This document shows positions 25,731 through 36,099 of a DNA stretch of 36,912 nt, piece by piece; positions within the stretch are counted from its first letter, which is position 1, and the number at the start of each line of letters is the position of its first letter. The position numbers were made by a program, and so were the translations under genes. Origin of the DNA: Octopus bimaculoides. Its lineage: Eukaryota. Below the pieces are notes generated by a model. It was not told where the DNA came from. It ran no database searches and saw nothing but the letters and a program-made list of their open reading frames with translations. The stretch is from the NCBI RefSeq assembly GCF_001194135.2, contig NC_068983.1, forward strand, positions 126,853,961 through 126,890,872. The letters run 5' to 3'.

Positions 25731-25895
25731 GATATTTTTTCTACTGTAAGTACAAGGTCCGAAATTTTTGTAGAGGGGGGCAGTCGATTAGATCAACACC
25801 TGTACGCAACTGGTACTTAATTTATCGACCCCGAAAAGATGAAAGGCAAAATCGACCTCGGCGGAATTTGAACTCAGGACGTAAAGACAGACGAA
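25731..25895 (-). mobile_element. tRNA-derived SINE, 5' truncated
   Basis: Same family as 25334-25540; contains the B box and 3' body. Confidence 0.9.
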
Positions 25896-25914
25896 TTATT
25901 ATTGTGATATTGCT

Positions 25915-26002
25915 AAGGCGGCGAGCTGGCGTGCTTTGCGGTATTTCGTTTGTCTTTACGTTCTGTTCAAATTCTGCCGTGGTCGACTTTGCGTTTCGTC
26001 CT
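25915..26002 (+). mobile_element. tRNA-derived SINE, 3' truncated, inverted relative to the previous copy
   Basis: AAGGCGGCGAGCTGGC..GCGGTATTTCGTTTGTCTTTACGTTCTGTTCAAATTCTGCCGTGGTCGAC; it ends at the TA preceding the 26004 inverted repeat. Confidence 0.85.
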
Positions 26003-26003
26003 A

Positions 26004-26323
26004 CGGTGACTGGCAGCGCTATACGGTGGCTCGCTGTAAGCTTAGTGTCTTGGACCGATGAGGAGACAACTACTCCGAAATGTTAACATCTCAAAGTCTA
26101 CTTAAATGTCGCCGCGAGCTGATCTACGTGCATACACTCTATTTGTCAATAAGCAAGATATATTCTCCGTGACAAAACACTATGAGTAACTTGTTCCCCA
26201 GTTCGAACGTGTATCAATCATATTCGGACTGATGATGATAGTGGAATTTCACTTATCACTGATTAGCGCCCTCCCACCGTCATGTACTTCCGGTGAACCA
26301 TCTTATAGTGCTGCCAGTCACCG
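26004..26323. mobile_element. TIR-bounded 320-bp element (MITE-like) with TA flanks
   Basis: CGGTGACTGGCAGCGCTATACGGTGG (26004-26029) matches the reverse complement of 26298-26323, CGGTGACTGGCAGCACTATAAGATGG, at 23 of 26 positions. TA lies at 26002-26003 and 26324-26325. Confidence 0.65.
26049..26096 (+). ncRNA. Minimal type I hammerhead-ribozyme-like motif, copy 1 (U4->C core variant)
   Basis: Stem I CTTGGA/TCAAAG (5 of 6 pairs); core CCGATGA; stem II GGAG-acaacta-CTCC; GAAA; stem III with TG-TTAA-CA; AUC cleavage triplet ending at 26090. Confidence 0.7.
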
Positions 26324-26393
26324 TACACTAACTAGAAAAGCATAAGTGAGGTAATCCCTTAATTAAAACTCGCAGTGGCGCATGCTTAGTGTG

Positions 26394-26439
26394 TGTGACC
26401 CATGAGGTGACAAACACTCCGAAACGTTAACGTTTCACA
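26394..26439 (+). ncRNA. Minimal type I hammerhead-ribozyme-like motif, copy 2 (U4->C, G5->C; likely inactive)
   Basis: Stem I TGTGA/TCACA (perfect); core CCCATGA; stem II GGTG-acaaaca-CTCC (one mismatch); GAAA; stem III CG-TTAA-CG; GUU triplet ending at 26434. Confidence 0.6.
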
Positions 26440-27440
26440 GTATTCGTAGCTGATCTAGGTGTATACAGAGCATTTGTCAACAAGTGAGATATATTCTCCG
26501 TGACATAATGCAGTGAATAGCTTGTTCCCCAGTTTGAATGTGCACCAAGTATATTCGGACTGATTGCGATAGTATTAACAGTCTCTCATGTGAAATAAGG
26601 TAGCAGAAAAAACTGTATAAGTGCATGCATGTCTAAGTCAGTAAAACTGTATAAGTAAGGCTTAGCCTTCAGTGTTGATGCAAAATGAAAAATGAGTATT
26701 ATGTGAAAATTATTACTCAATAAAGGTTAGTGAGTAACATGCTTAGGATGTCATGGGGCTTCCATATAATGACTATCTAGCGATATAGACCAGAAAAGAT
26801 CACAGGCTTTATGATACCATAAGGTAATGGATTGAACGCCAAAGAAATTGAGAAATAACAGAACTTAATTAGAGGAATCAAGACATGACGAAAGAAATTG
26901 TGGACCATTATTCCTTAAGTAAGCGGAGCATTTCGTACAGCATCTATCCTGCTAAGTAACAAGTACTTTTTCTCACAAATTTCAGCAGATTACAACTTTT
27001 CCCCATTCCTGTGTTTGAGACATTATCTTTATTGAGACACAACTTTCAGCCTCACCTTATTTCTTTATTATTGCTTTGCATCGCTTCTTCAATTCTACAC
27101 ACTCATCATAAATGTGTACATACCTCCATCTTTAGCAACATATACCTCATATAGTAGCAAGAGTTCATTTTCTATTAATTTCCATATTACCAAATTTCAC
27201 CCCTGCTTATTGTATCTGCACATCATTCTAGTTCACGAACCTGAATATATGACTCCAATGTCATTCCTTTTATTCACTTAATGGCTTCTTTCTAACAGTA
27301 CTTCGTCTCTATACACTTTCATATATGTTTGACTCACACAATTAACAACTCCAATAACTTTTCCAACTATTCTCCATTTTACAATCATCAACCCTTCATC
27401 TTTATTATTTACATTATTTACCCAGGTTCGAAATTCCCCA

Positions 27441-27575
27441 AGACATCCGAAGAACGCTGGAGTGTATATCAGTCGAAACGTTGTGTTAACAACAAACATG
27501 ATGAGGACAAATATCCGTCAAAAGTAAATGATGTAAATAATGTACATAATTCCTCATCTCTTAAATATAGAACTG
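27441..27575 (+). mobile_element. PLE-type terminal repeat segment with a degenerate minimal hammerhead-like motif
   Basis: GACAT-CCGAAGA-AC-GCTG(gagtgtatat)CAGT-C-GAAA-CGTT-GTGTT, followed by ACAAACATGATGAGGACAAATATCCGTC and AATGTACATAATTCCTCATCTC. This resembles a recalled Octopus repeat end. Confidence 0.45.
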
Positions 27576-28685
27576 TACCTTCATCTTTAATTGGTCTCTT
27601 CATATATTTGTACATAATGCAAAAATGGCATCATTTTGTACAAGACGAATGGCTGCGGTCGACAAGTGAGTTTCTTCACTTTTACACACCAGCTATTTGT
27701 ATAAAGTTTTCAAAATATGGCGAATGTTTGCCAACATATACTATTGCCATTTTCACAGGGTTAATAATCTGACTTAAGAAACATTACATTCTGCTACTGA
27801 GGTATTTTTCATTGCAGTACATTAATTCGACTGAATCTAATCTGACATGGACGCTTGCCCTTTCGTTTCATGTACCTAACTTTACCATTGTCTGAATTAT
27901 GCCCATAAGATAAATCGTACGAAACTTAATAGCATCTATTATTGCTAATATTTTTTCTAAGGAACGAATACAGTTTGTTTCTGAGAGTAAAGTCTATAAC
28001 GGTTCTATTCTAATTAAACACCAGTCAAAAGAACAAAGCAAAACTACAGTCTGTAAGTATAATTGCTAAGTTAAATTTTCCATTCTCATATTTTACTGTA
28101 TATAAATAGTATTTATTCATTTTCATATTAAAAGTAAAATCAAAATAATTCAGCACAGTAGTATTAAAATATAATTCGAAAATATTTTCCTGATGTCTTA
28201 TTTAATTAAAAATTATAAACTTCTAGTACTGTGCCGCTATTTAAATTAATAAAAAGAAATACAAAATTGGCAAAATCAAAAAGAAAGCATTTGATATTGT
28301 ATAGACTTTGTTGACTGTACTTTTTCGCTTTTTATAGTTTGTTGTTTTCTAGTTTATCGTTTTCGTTTATTTGTATTTGTTTTATACTAGCCTAAGACTA
28401 TATAGCATTAAAAAAACATTTTACAAATAATATTTGATATCAAGAATAAATAAATATGCAAACTGACAAGAGGATAAAAATAAACTTGACAGTAAAATAT
28501 TAATTTTTATTATGATTAATGTGTTTTTAAAGATCGGAAAATATAATTTATAAAATGAACATTAGGTATTATGCTGTATGTTGAGAATTATTTAAATCTA
28601 CTCTCAATAGACTTCGTATACAAAATTCAGTAGCAGCTTAGGTAGATATTATTGTTATTATTGCGGTTATTATTCAAAGTATTAA

Positions 28686-29576
28686 GGCGGTCAGCTGGCA
28701 GAATTATAGCACACCGGGCAAAATGATTAGTGGCATTTCGTACGGCTCTACTTTCCGAGTTCAAATGCTGTCGGGGTCGACATTGCCTTTCCCCCAACGG
28801 GAAGATAAATTAAGTAACAATTGATAGTAATCGACTTGCCCGTCTTTCACGAAGTTTCAAGTTTTGTGCCTATATCGGAAATGTTATCACGATTAAAATG
28901 GTGGTCCGGTGGCAGAATCATTATTCTGCTAACAAAATTCTTAGCTGCATTTTGCTTACTATGTTATGAGTTCGAATTCCGCGGAGATCAAATTTACATT
29001 TTATCCATATGTGATGAATGAAATCAGTACCAGATGAGCAATGGGGGCGTTTTAATTGACTTACATCCTCCCCTAAAATTGTTGGTACTTTGCCAACTTT
29101 CCAAAATATAATTATTAGCAATAGAAAGGTTGTGTAATGGAGTCGTCGTTAGCGCGCCGTACAAAATGCTTAGTGCTATTTCTATCGGCTTTTTACGTTA
29201 CAAGTTCAAAGTTTCACCGGGTTCGATTTTGCCTTTCATTCTGTCAGTATCGACAATGTCTCCATTTATCACGGAGGACATTGTAATCGACTAACTTCCT
29301 TCCTCAAAATTTTCGGCGTTTTGCCTGCAGTAGAAAGGATTATTTTTATGATAAAAACAGTTGTCGACCCAGCAGAATCGGTGCCATGCTGAATAAAATG
29401 CTCAGCGGCATTTCTTCCGTCCTTGCTTTCTAAGTTGAAATTCAGGCGCGGCCGACCTTGCTTTGCATTATTTGCTGGTGCATAAAAGATCTACGAATCA
29501 TTTCCTGGTTTCAATGTAATCTATTTGTTCTCCGCTGAAAATTTCTGGCCTTGTGCCAAAATTTGTACGAATTATT
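28686..29576 (+). mobile_element. Four head-to-tail tRNA-derived SINE copies (starts about 28686, 28900, 29128, 29360)
   Basis: Each copy has the GCTGGCAGAAT-like head, AAAATGCTTAG, a GAGTTCAAAT-like B box, GTAATCGAC and an AAATTT..GG..TTGTGCC tail. The copies are mutually diverged. Confidence 0.85.
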
Positions 29577-29601
29577 AACATGATTAATATATCGGTGATC
29601 T

Positions 29602-29714
29602 GCAGAAGCACCAGAAAAGTACCTATAGAAGCACCAGCAAAGTACCTGCAGAAGCACCAGAAAAGTAGCTCAGAAGCACCAGAAAATAACCTCAGAAGCA
29701 CCAGAAAAACACTT
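29602..29714. repeat. 22-23 bp minisatellite, 5 units of (G)CAGAAGCACCAGAAAAGTACCT
   Basis: AGAAGCACCAG recurs five times with variable 3' halves. Confidence 0.9.
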
Positions 29715-29906
29715 GCAGTAGCGCACAAGAAAGAAAAAATGCTTAACGTCATTTCTTCCGCTTGCTTACAATATAAGTTCAAATACCACTGATATCAACT
29801 ATGCCTTTCTTCCTTCTGGAATCGATTAAAATTAATTACCAGTTTAACATTAGAGGCAATGTAATTAAATGGAACCACAATCCACAATCATGTCAGGTCT
29901 TGTGTC

Positions 29907-30350
29907 TGAATAGCTGGCAGAATAGTTAGCATGCCTGACAAAATGGTGAACGTTATTTATTGATGATTTACCTTCTGAGTTCAGTTTCCGACTTGCCTTT
30001 CATCATTTAAGAGCCGGTAAGATAAGTAACATTCTTGTAATGAGGTTGATGTAATCAACTTAATCCGTTCCACTACAATTACCGTCCTTGTAACAAAATT
30101 TGGAACATATATTGTTACGTTTGATAAAATTAGCGTCTTGATAAATTAGTTACCGCCCTGGACAATATTTGGAACTGCATTTCTTCTCTAAAACCTGCTA
30201 AGTTCAAATCGCACTGAGCTTCACTTTACTTGTCATCCATTTGTGACCGATAAAATAAATAGCACTTAAGCATTGCGGTTTATGTAACAGCCATATCCCC
30301 ATCCCTAAATTTTCTGGTGATGCTGAGAAATGTGTTAATATTTGTATGAT
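29907..30350 (+). mobile_element. Two further SINE copies (about 29907-30115 and a partial copy at 30190-30350)
   Basis: AGCTGGCAGAATAGTTAGCATGCC..CTGAGTTCAG..GACTTGCCTTTCATC; the second copy has CTAAGTTCAAATCG..CATCCATTTGTGACCGATAAAATAA. Confidence 0.7.
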
Positions 30351-30401
30351 TCGAAACTATTTCTATTTTTCTTTTTTCATGTTATCTCAGTAACAAAGAG
30401 T

Positions 30402-30502
30402 TTGCATTTGTGGGATTGCATTTTGTGGGATTGCATTTTGTGGGATTGCATTTTGTGGGATTGCATTTTGTGGGATTGCATTTTGTGGGATTGCATTTTG
30501 TG
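30402..30502. repeat. 15-bp minisatellite (TTGCATTTTGTGGGA), about 6.7 copies
   Basis: Five identical units at 30416-30490, one unit with a 1-nt deletion before them and a 12-nt partial unit after. Confidence 0.95.
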
Positions 30503-30927
30503 ATATTAACAAAAACTTTTGAACATGGATTACCAGTAATTATTGTTAGGGACCTAAACGAGAACTTAGTCGAGATGCATTTTAGTGTTTCTATTCATGG
30601 TATGCTAAATAATATAGAAGGACTTCTTTCACCTTAAAATACAACAATAAACGGATACACGGAACATGTGTAAATAAACTTTCACACATACTTACATAAG
30701 CATGCAGAAATATACGCATAGAGTAGTACATCGTCGAGTAGTCACAGTCATACACATGCCTATGTCTAATTACAAAAAGTGTTAATGATATCGCATCACT
30801 GTTCCATGTTTGCAATATTCGGTTATATATATGTAATGTTATAGAAGCGTGTTTCAAAAAAGTTTTGAATAATCATGAAGCAGCATGTGCGCACACGCAA
30901 ACACATATGTACATGTATATATATATA

Positions 30928-31376
30928 NNNNNNNNNNNNNNNNNNNNNNNNNNNNNNNNNNNNNNNNNNNNNNNNNNNNNNNNNNNNNNNNNNNNNNNNN
31001 NNNNNNNNNNNNNNNNNNNNNNNNNNNNNNNNNNNNNNNNNNNNNNNNNNNNNNNNNNNNNNNNNNNNNNNNNNNNNNNNNNNNNNNNNNNNNNNNNNNN
31101 NNNNNNNNNNNNNNNNNNNNNNNNNNNNNNNNNNNNNNNNNNNNNNNNNNNNNNNNNNNNNNNNNNNNNNNNNNNNNNNNNNNNNNNNNNNNNNNNNNNN
31201 NNNNNNNNNNNNNNNNNNNNNNNNNNNNNNNNNNNNNNNNNNNNNNNNNNNNNNNNNNNNNNNNNNNNNNNNNNNNNNNNNNNNNNNNNNNNNNNNNNNN
31301 NNNNNNNNNNNNNNNNNNNNNNNNNNNNNNNNNNNNNNNNNNNNNNNNNNNNNNNNNNNNNNNNNNNNNNNNNNNN
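30928..31376. other. Assembly gap
   Basis: 449 N flanked by (AT)n. Confidence 1.
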
Positions 31377-32859
31377 TATATATATATATATATATCCGTG
31401 TGTGTATGTATATACCATCATAAGTAAGCGTATTAATATATAGATAGGTGTATTAATAGTATATCTTAATCCATTAGATTTAATCCTGTTTTCAAACTTT
31501 TCCTTACGTCGTATTCATTTTATTTTCTTTTAGTTAGCTGATGCAATAATAGCTTCCACATCAATGCTATATCAGACAGAGGAGGAAGACGTCGTTTCAC
31601 AATGAAGATCAAAGCAAAGAAACAAAGAACGAATCAAATCGTTTGGGAGGAGGCAAAGTTCGTGGAATCTATGAGAATAAAGCAATATTTTAACATGAGA
31701 TGAATAATTTGATTAATAGATTGCTTACGAAAGGATAAACATAATTTTATCTAAAGCGGCTATTCTGGTCAATTGATGTGGAAAGAGAATATCTATGTTA
31801 ACTTTATTCAAATAATATTTTGGCTCAGAGGAAAAATCTATCAAAACTATAGCTGATTCATTCGAGCAAATATTGATTGCTATATCGGTGGCTAACATAT
31901 CATTTCTGAATTGTAATCAAGTGTAACAGATTATGAGTGATGTCGTTTTATGTAATGCTTTCAGCGTGTTGATGTTTCTTTATCTCTGTATGTATGTGGA
32001 ATGTCTGCTTTGTCTTGCTGCATCACTGTCAAATTCCAATTAGGCATTAATTCTAGCTGAATAACAAGCAAAATATCTCCAAAAAAATGTATGAAAAGAC
32101 AAACCATAAGAAAGTATCTTTTTTTTTTGAGGAAGTTGCTAACCGGAGAATAATTCAACATTGCATTCTTTTTCTTTTTTTTCTTTCTTACAGATATATG
32201 TGAACTCTAAAGAACAATATTACGTTATTAAAGACATCACATATATTGATGGGAAAAATATGCTTTCAAATATGAGATTGAAATCTGTGTATTGAGTATG
32301 GCATGTTACTAAAGAGACTAAAATATATTACGAAAGCATAAAGTTTTATATCCTATAAAATGAAATACCTTCATACGTTATTTTACGAAAAATATAAGCG
32401 ATGAAAATATTTGAATTATTTTTATTTTCATATTCAGTTATTATAGTAAATAGATAATTTGGTTTTACTCTGATCACATAAGATGGAATTCAAGTGTTAG
32501 TAACATCACTCTTCAAATACAATCTTGAAATACCGGGATTTTATGAAGAAAACAAGATTGAGAGAAACAGGATACTGAAAGAATATGCAAATTAACTAAT
32601 CCTCAAAGTAATCACTTTTTGTTTGTTTGTTTCGTTTAAGAGTAGAAAACTTAAGAGAAGGGTCTTAGCAGAAATTATCGGCATTATACAATTTAAGTGG
32701 ATGGACTGATTATGAAGGCTTGTTACTACAGCTGTGAAACCTTGCATACATTAATTCCAGCCCTTCTTATTAACAACTGCATTGTTTCCTTCCAAGTAAA
32801 CTAACAGCTCATTAGTCAATGAGGACTTCAAATGTAAATATCAACGACTTCTCTTGCAA

Positions 32860-33700
32860 ACGGACAGAGCTTAGCATCGTGGTGTTATCAAGTACCTGCT
32901 GATAAAAGGGTGTAGACCCCAAAACATTCTTGCTGATATGCTCGCTACATTAGATGACGTTCGAGCGTTATCAACAGTGCAGAGTGGGTAGTTGAATTTA
33001 AGAAGGTAAGGGAGAGTCTTGTAGATGATCCGAGGCCTGGACATCTTGCAACTGTCACCATCTAGGAAAGCATTGATTGCCTTCCACACATGGGCATGGA
33101 TGATGTTATTGACTATAAATGAAATGGTCAATGCTATTAGCATATCTTGCGAGAACATTTAGAATACTCTGCGCAATGAAATTGACAAGGCGAAGGTTTT
33201 GGGGGATGCCCCGTCGTCTGACAACTGCTGAAAACCGGACCAGGCTGGCCACATCCCATTAACTCTAACATTGTTTCAGATATATCCAGTTGGTTTTCTT
33301 GAATGTTTTCTAACCAACAATGAGTGCTGGTTTCATCACTTTGAGCCAGAAAAAAGAGAAAGCCCATGATGTAGTTGAGACGCAGTTTCTTACCTACTCC
33401 AAAGAAGACGTATAGTTTGTTTCATGCGCAGAAATTTGATGGCCAGAGTGTTTTGGGGATGCAAGAAGTATTGTGCGCATGGATTATCTTGAAAGAAGCC
33501 ACTTAAACAATGAAAGTTTGCTATGCCGACATGCTGAGTCAGTTACGAAAGGCTATGAAGAGAAACACCCACGAAAACTAACGAAAAGGGTCTTGTTTCA
33601 TTAGGACAATGCTCCAGCACACAAAGGAGGATGACCATCCACTTCAGAGCTGCAGTAAGAAACAGCAGGCATTGAAATAAAGGGCTTGTGTACTGGAGCA
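32860..33700 (+). mobile_element. Degenerate irritans-like mariner transposase with an internal deletion near the 3' end
   Basis: Reads HRGVIKYLLIKG..ILADMLATLDD..LSTVQ / WVVEFKKVRESLVDDPRPG, FLTNNECWFHHFEPE (first Asp changed to Asn) and KRVLFH*DNAPAH (ends at 33622). It then jumps to DHP..QALK*RACV, and the YSPDLAPSD motif is missing. TIRs are not identifiable. Confidence 0.85.
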
Positions 33701-34774
33701 TTCTTCTAATGAAACTTATCACGTATATATATGTATATATATATATACAACCATTACAAAAAAAAAGCGTAATCAAGTGTTGAAACGTACTATTTCAAAC
33801 AAAACATATCGCAAATATACAACAGGGACATGGCGAAAATCTGTCAAACTATGAAATGGGAGAATGACCAACAAAGCCGGCTGTTGTGGGCATTAGCAGA
33901 TGGGATTAGGTTAAGAATATAGTTTGTGAAATATATTTGTGTATGATATTTAAGGTCAGCAACCTGGGTGAGATAAGAGTTTGCTAGACTGGTCCTTTGG
34001 TAAGCTAGGGTGGGGTGTAGGTGCTATTTTATTATAGTAGGCTTAGAGGAGTGGATAACTGGCAGAGAACCGAAGATAAAGTAAGGATAGACCTAAAGAA
34101 AAATAAATAAAGCAAAAAGTAAAAGCGAAGAGGAATAAATACATAAATAATATCAATTAGGTATAGGGTCGAGGTTTAGTGTTCGCTAGCTAACGCTAAA
34201 GAAAAGAGTGAGAAGTTCGGAGATACACAGAATTTAGGATATTCTCTGGAAAAAGGTTGGATGTTGGCGGAGGCTACAAAGGCAATTGAATGATAAATTC
34301 TAACTTTTAAGGAATGGTAGTGCTATGCGCGATTGATTTATCTGGTAAAGTGAAAAAATGATGGGTTTGTGGAAGCCGCTTGTAGTATTAGGACATACCT
34401 CCCTTATGAAGAAAAACCTGGTAGTAATAATAGAGTACTACTTATTAAGCGATAAAGGTGGTTATATAATAAACTACACCTAGTAAGGAGTTAGAGGAAA
34501 TACCAGATCGGGTATCAAAGGAAGCTAGCAGTAGGAAGTAGTTTAACGATTAAAAATTTGACATGTTATGTAGGTGGCGGAGATATTATTTAAGTAGATA
34601 GTATCATCACCGTTGTGTGAATCAGGTAATACAACTCAGGACAATCGTCACGGGTGAGAGATTTTGATAGCGTTTTCCATCTATTATTCAACATGCGTAG
34701 CACGAATAGCTGTATCTTAGTATAAAAATTATTTCTTTAGTGGAATTGGAAAAATTAGAAAAAGTCTGGCTAGG

Positions 34775-35360
34775 CTTTGCGCCCCTTTGTGAGGTATTTT
34801 ATGAGGAGTAATCTAATTTTGTCCCAGAACACTGAATCTAGAATTATTCCGGTTGACTTCTGGATCAGAAACTTCTTTGGAGGCGGTGAGCCGCTGTAGC
34901 GCCAATCCATAAATTATTCCTTGGTCTGGAGATCATAATGATGAAGCCAATTTCTATCCATGGTGACTATCCGAGTCGTAAATTCAGTTTCTCCCGCTGC
35001 AAGCAGTTTCGAAATGACCTCTGATGTCATCATTCTGATGCGCTTCTCGTATGCATTCAAATATTTCGGTATCCATTTTGCAGAAGTCTTGAATGTTGTG
35101 GATGATGTGACCAACTCTTTGAATGGAAATCCCCAGTCTTCATCTGAAATCCGTGGCTCAGCGTTGGCTTTGCCCACTGTGGTCGCGGAAATTGTTCGAT
35201 CGAAGTTCATCTGTGACCTCGAAATGACCAATATGTAACCTTGACACTCAAATTTTCACTATGGAGTTAGATTAGGAGCCGTCCTTAAAGGTATCTTTCA
35301 TCTCACAATGGATTTCCGCTGCTCCTTTGCCTTGCATAAATGGGAAATTCAGAACTTCCA
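34775..35360 (-). mobile_element. 5' half of a second irritans-like mariner transposase (a different family from 32860)
   Basis: The minus strand reads FMQGKGAAEIHCEMKDTFKD..IVKI*VSRLHIGHFEVTDELRS, KTSAKWIPKYL and RIVTMDRNWLHHYDLQTKE*FMDWRYSGSPPPKKFLIQKSTGIILDSVFWDK..IKYLTKG (cf. IVTMDETWxHHYDPETK..W.H.GSP.PKKF..QKSAGKV.AS.FWD). Confidence 0.9.
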
Positions 35361-35424
35361 TGCATACATATATATCATACATATATACATATATATCCCA
35401 TGAAAATCGACAGTGGGATATATA

Positions 35425-35565
35425 TTTATGTATGTATGAATGTATGTATGTATGTATGTATGTATGTATGTACGGATGGATGGATGGATGGATGGATGGA
35501 TGGATGGATGTGTGTGTATGTATGTATGTATGTATGTATGCATGTATGTATGTATGTATATATAT
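35425..35565. repeat. (ATGT)n-(ATGG)n-(ATGT)n tetranucleotide block
   Basis: Directly visible. Confidence 0.95.
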
Positions 35566-35872
35566 AGTTGGAATTTACAAAAAAACCAAACAGAACAAAT
35601 GACGAAGACGGTTGTGTAAACAGCAAACAGATGCATTAGTTTAACGCTCGAGATGTAAGACAGCCTTTCGCGTTTCAAGCCTACGCTCTTCAACAGAAAG
35701 GAACAGAAATAAACAGAGAGAGAAAATAAAAGAAAAAAATGTTTAGTGGCTAGCGGTCAATGGGACACAAAGTGTGTGTCGATTACCAGCTGGAAGAGAT
35801 GTTTTCAAGATGTTTACCACGTTCTAAAACAATATCCTTTATAGTACTACCACATTTTCTTGGCATATAAAC

Positions 35873-36099
35873 NNNNNNNNNNNNNNNNNNNNNNNNNNNN
35901 NNNNNNNNNNNNNNNNNNNNNNNNNNNNNNNNNNNNNNNNNNNNNNNNNNNNNNNNNNNNNNNNNNNNNNNNNNNNNNNNNNNNNNNNNNNNNNNNNNNN
36001 NNNNNNNNNNNNNNNNNNNNNNNNNNNNNNNNNNNNNNNNNNNNNNNNNNNNNNNNNNNNNNNNNNNNNNNNNNNNNNNNNNNNNNNNNNNNNNNNNNN
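35873..36099. other. Assembly gap
   Basis: 227 N. Confidence 1.

Noticed and set aside
26229-26262. CTGATGA-hairpin-CTGA as a second hammerhead or a C/D box RNA
   Set aside because: No GAAA follows the stem, the spacing is too short for a snoRNA and the motif is not preserved in repeat copy 2.
27329-27772. 147-aa plus-strand ORF
   Set aside because: It has no recognisable motif and reads through a pyrimidine-rich tract and a repeat terminus, so it is best explained as incidental.
29602-30502. Short direct repeats as a CRISPR-like array
   Set aside because: The units are contiguous with no unique spacers, the context is eukaryotic and there are no cas genes.
33890-33913. ALADGIRL resembling mitochondrial ND1 (QPxADxxKL), a possible NUMT
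   Set aside because: The flanking codons do not continue the ND1 alignment in any frame; an 8-residue chance match.
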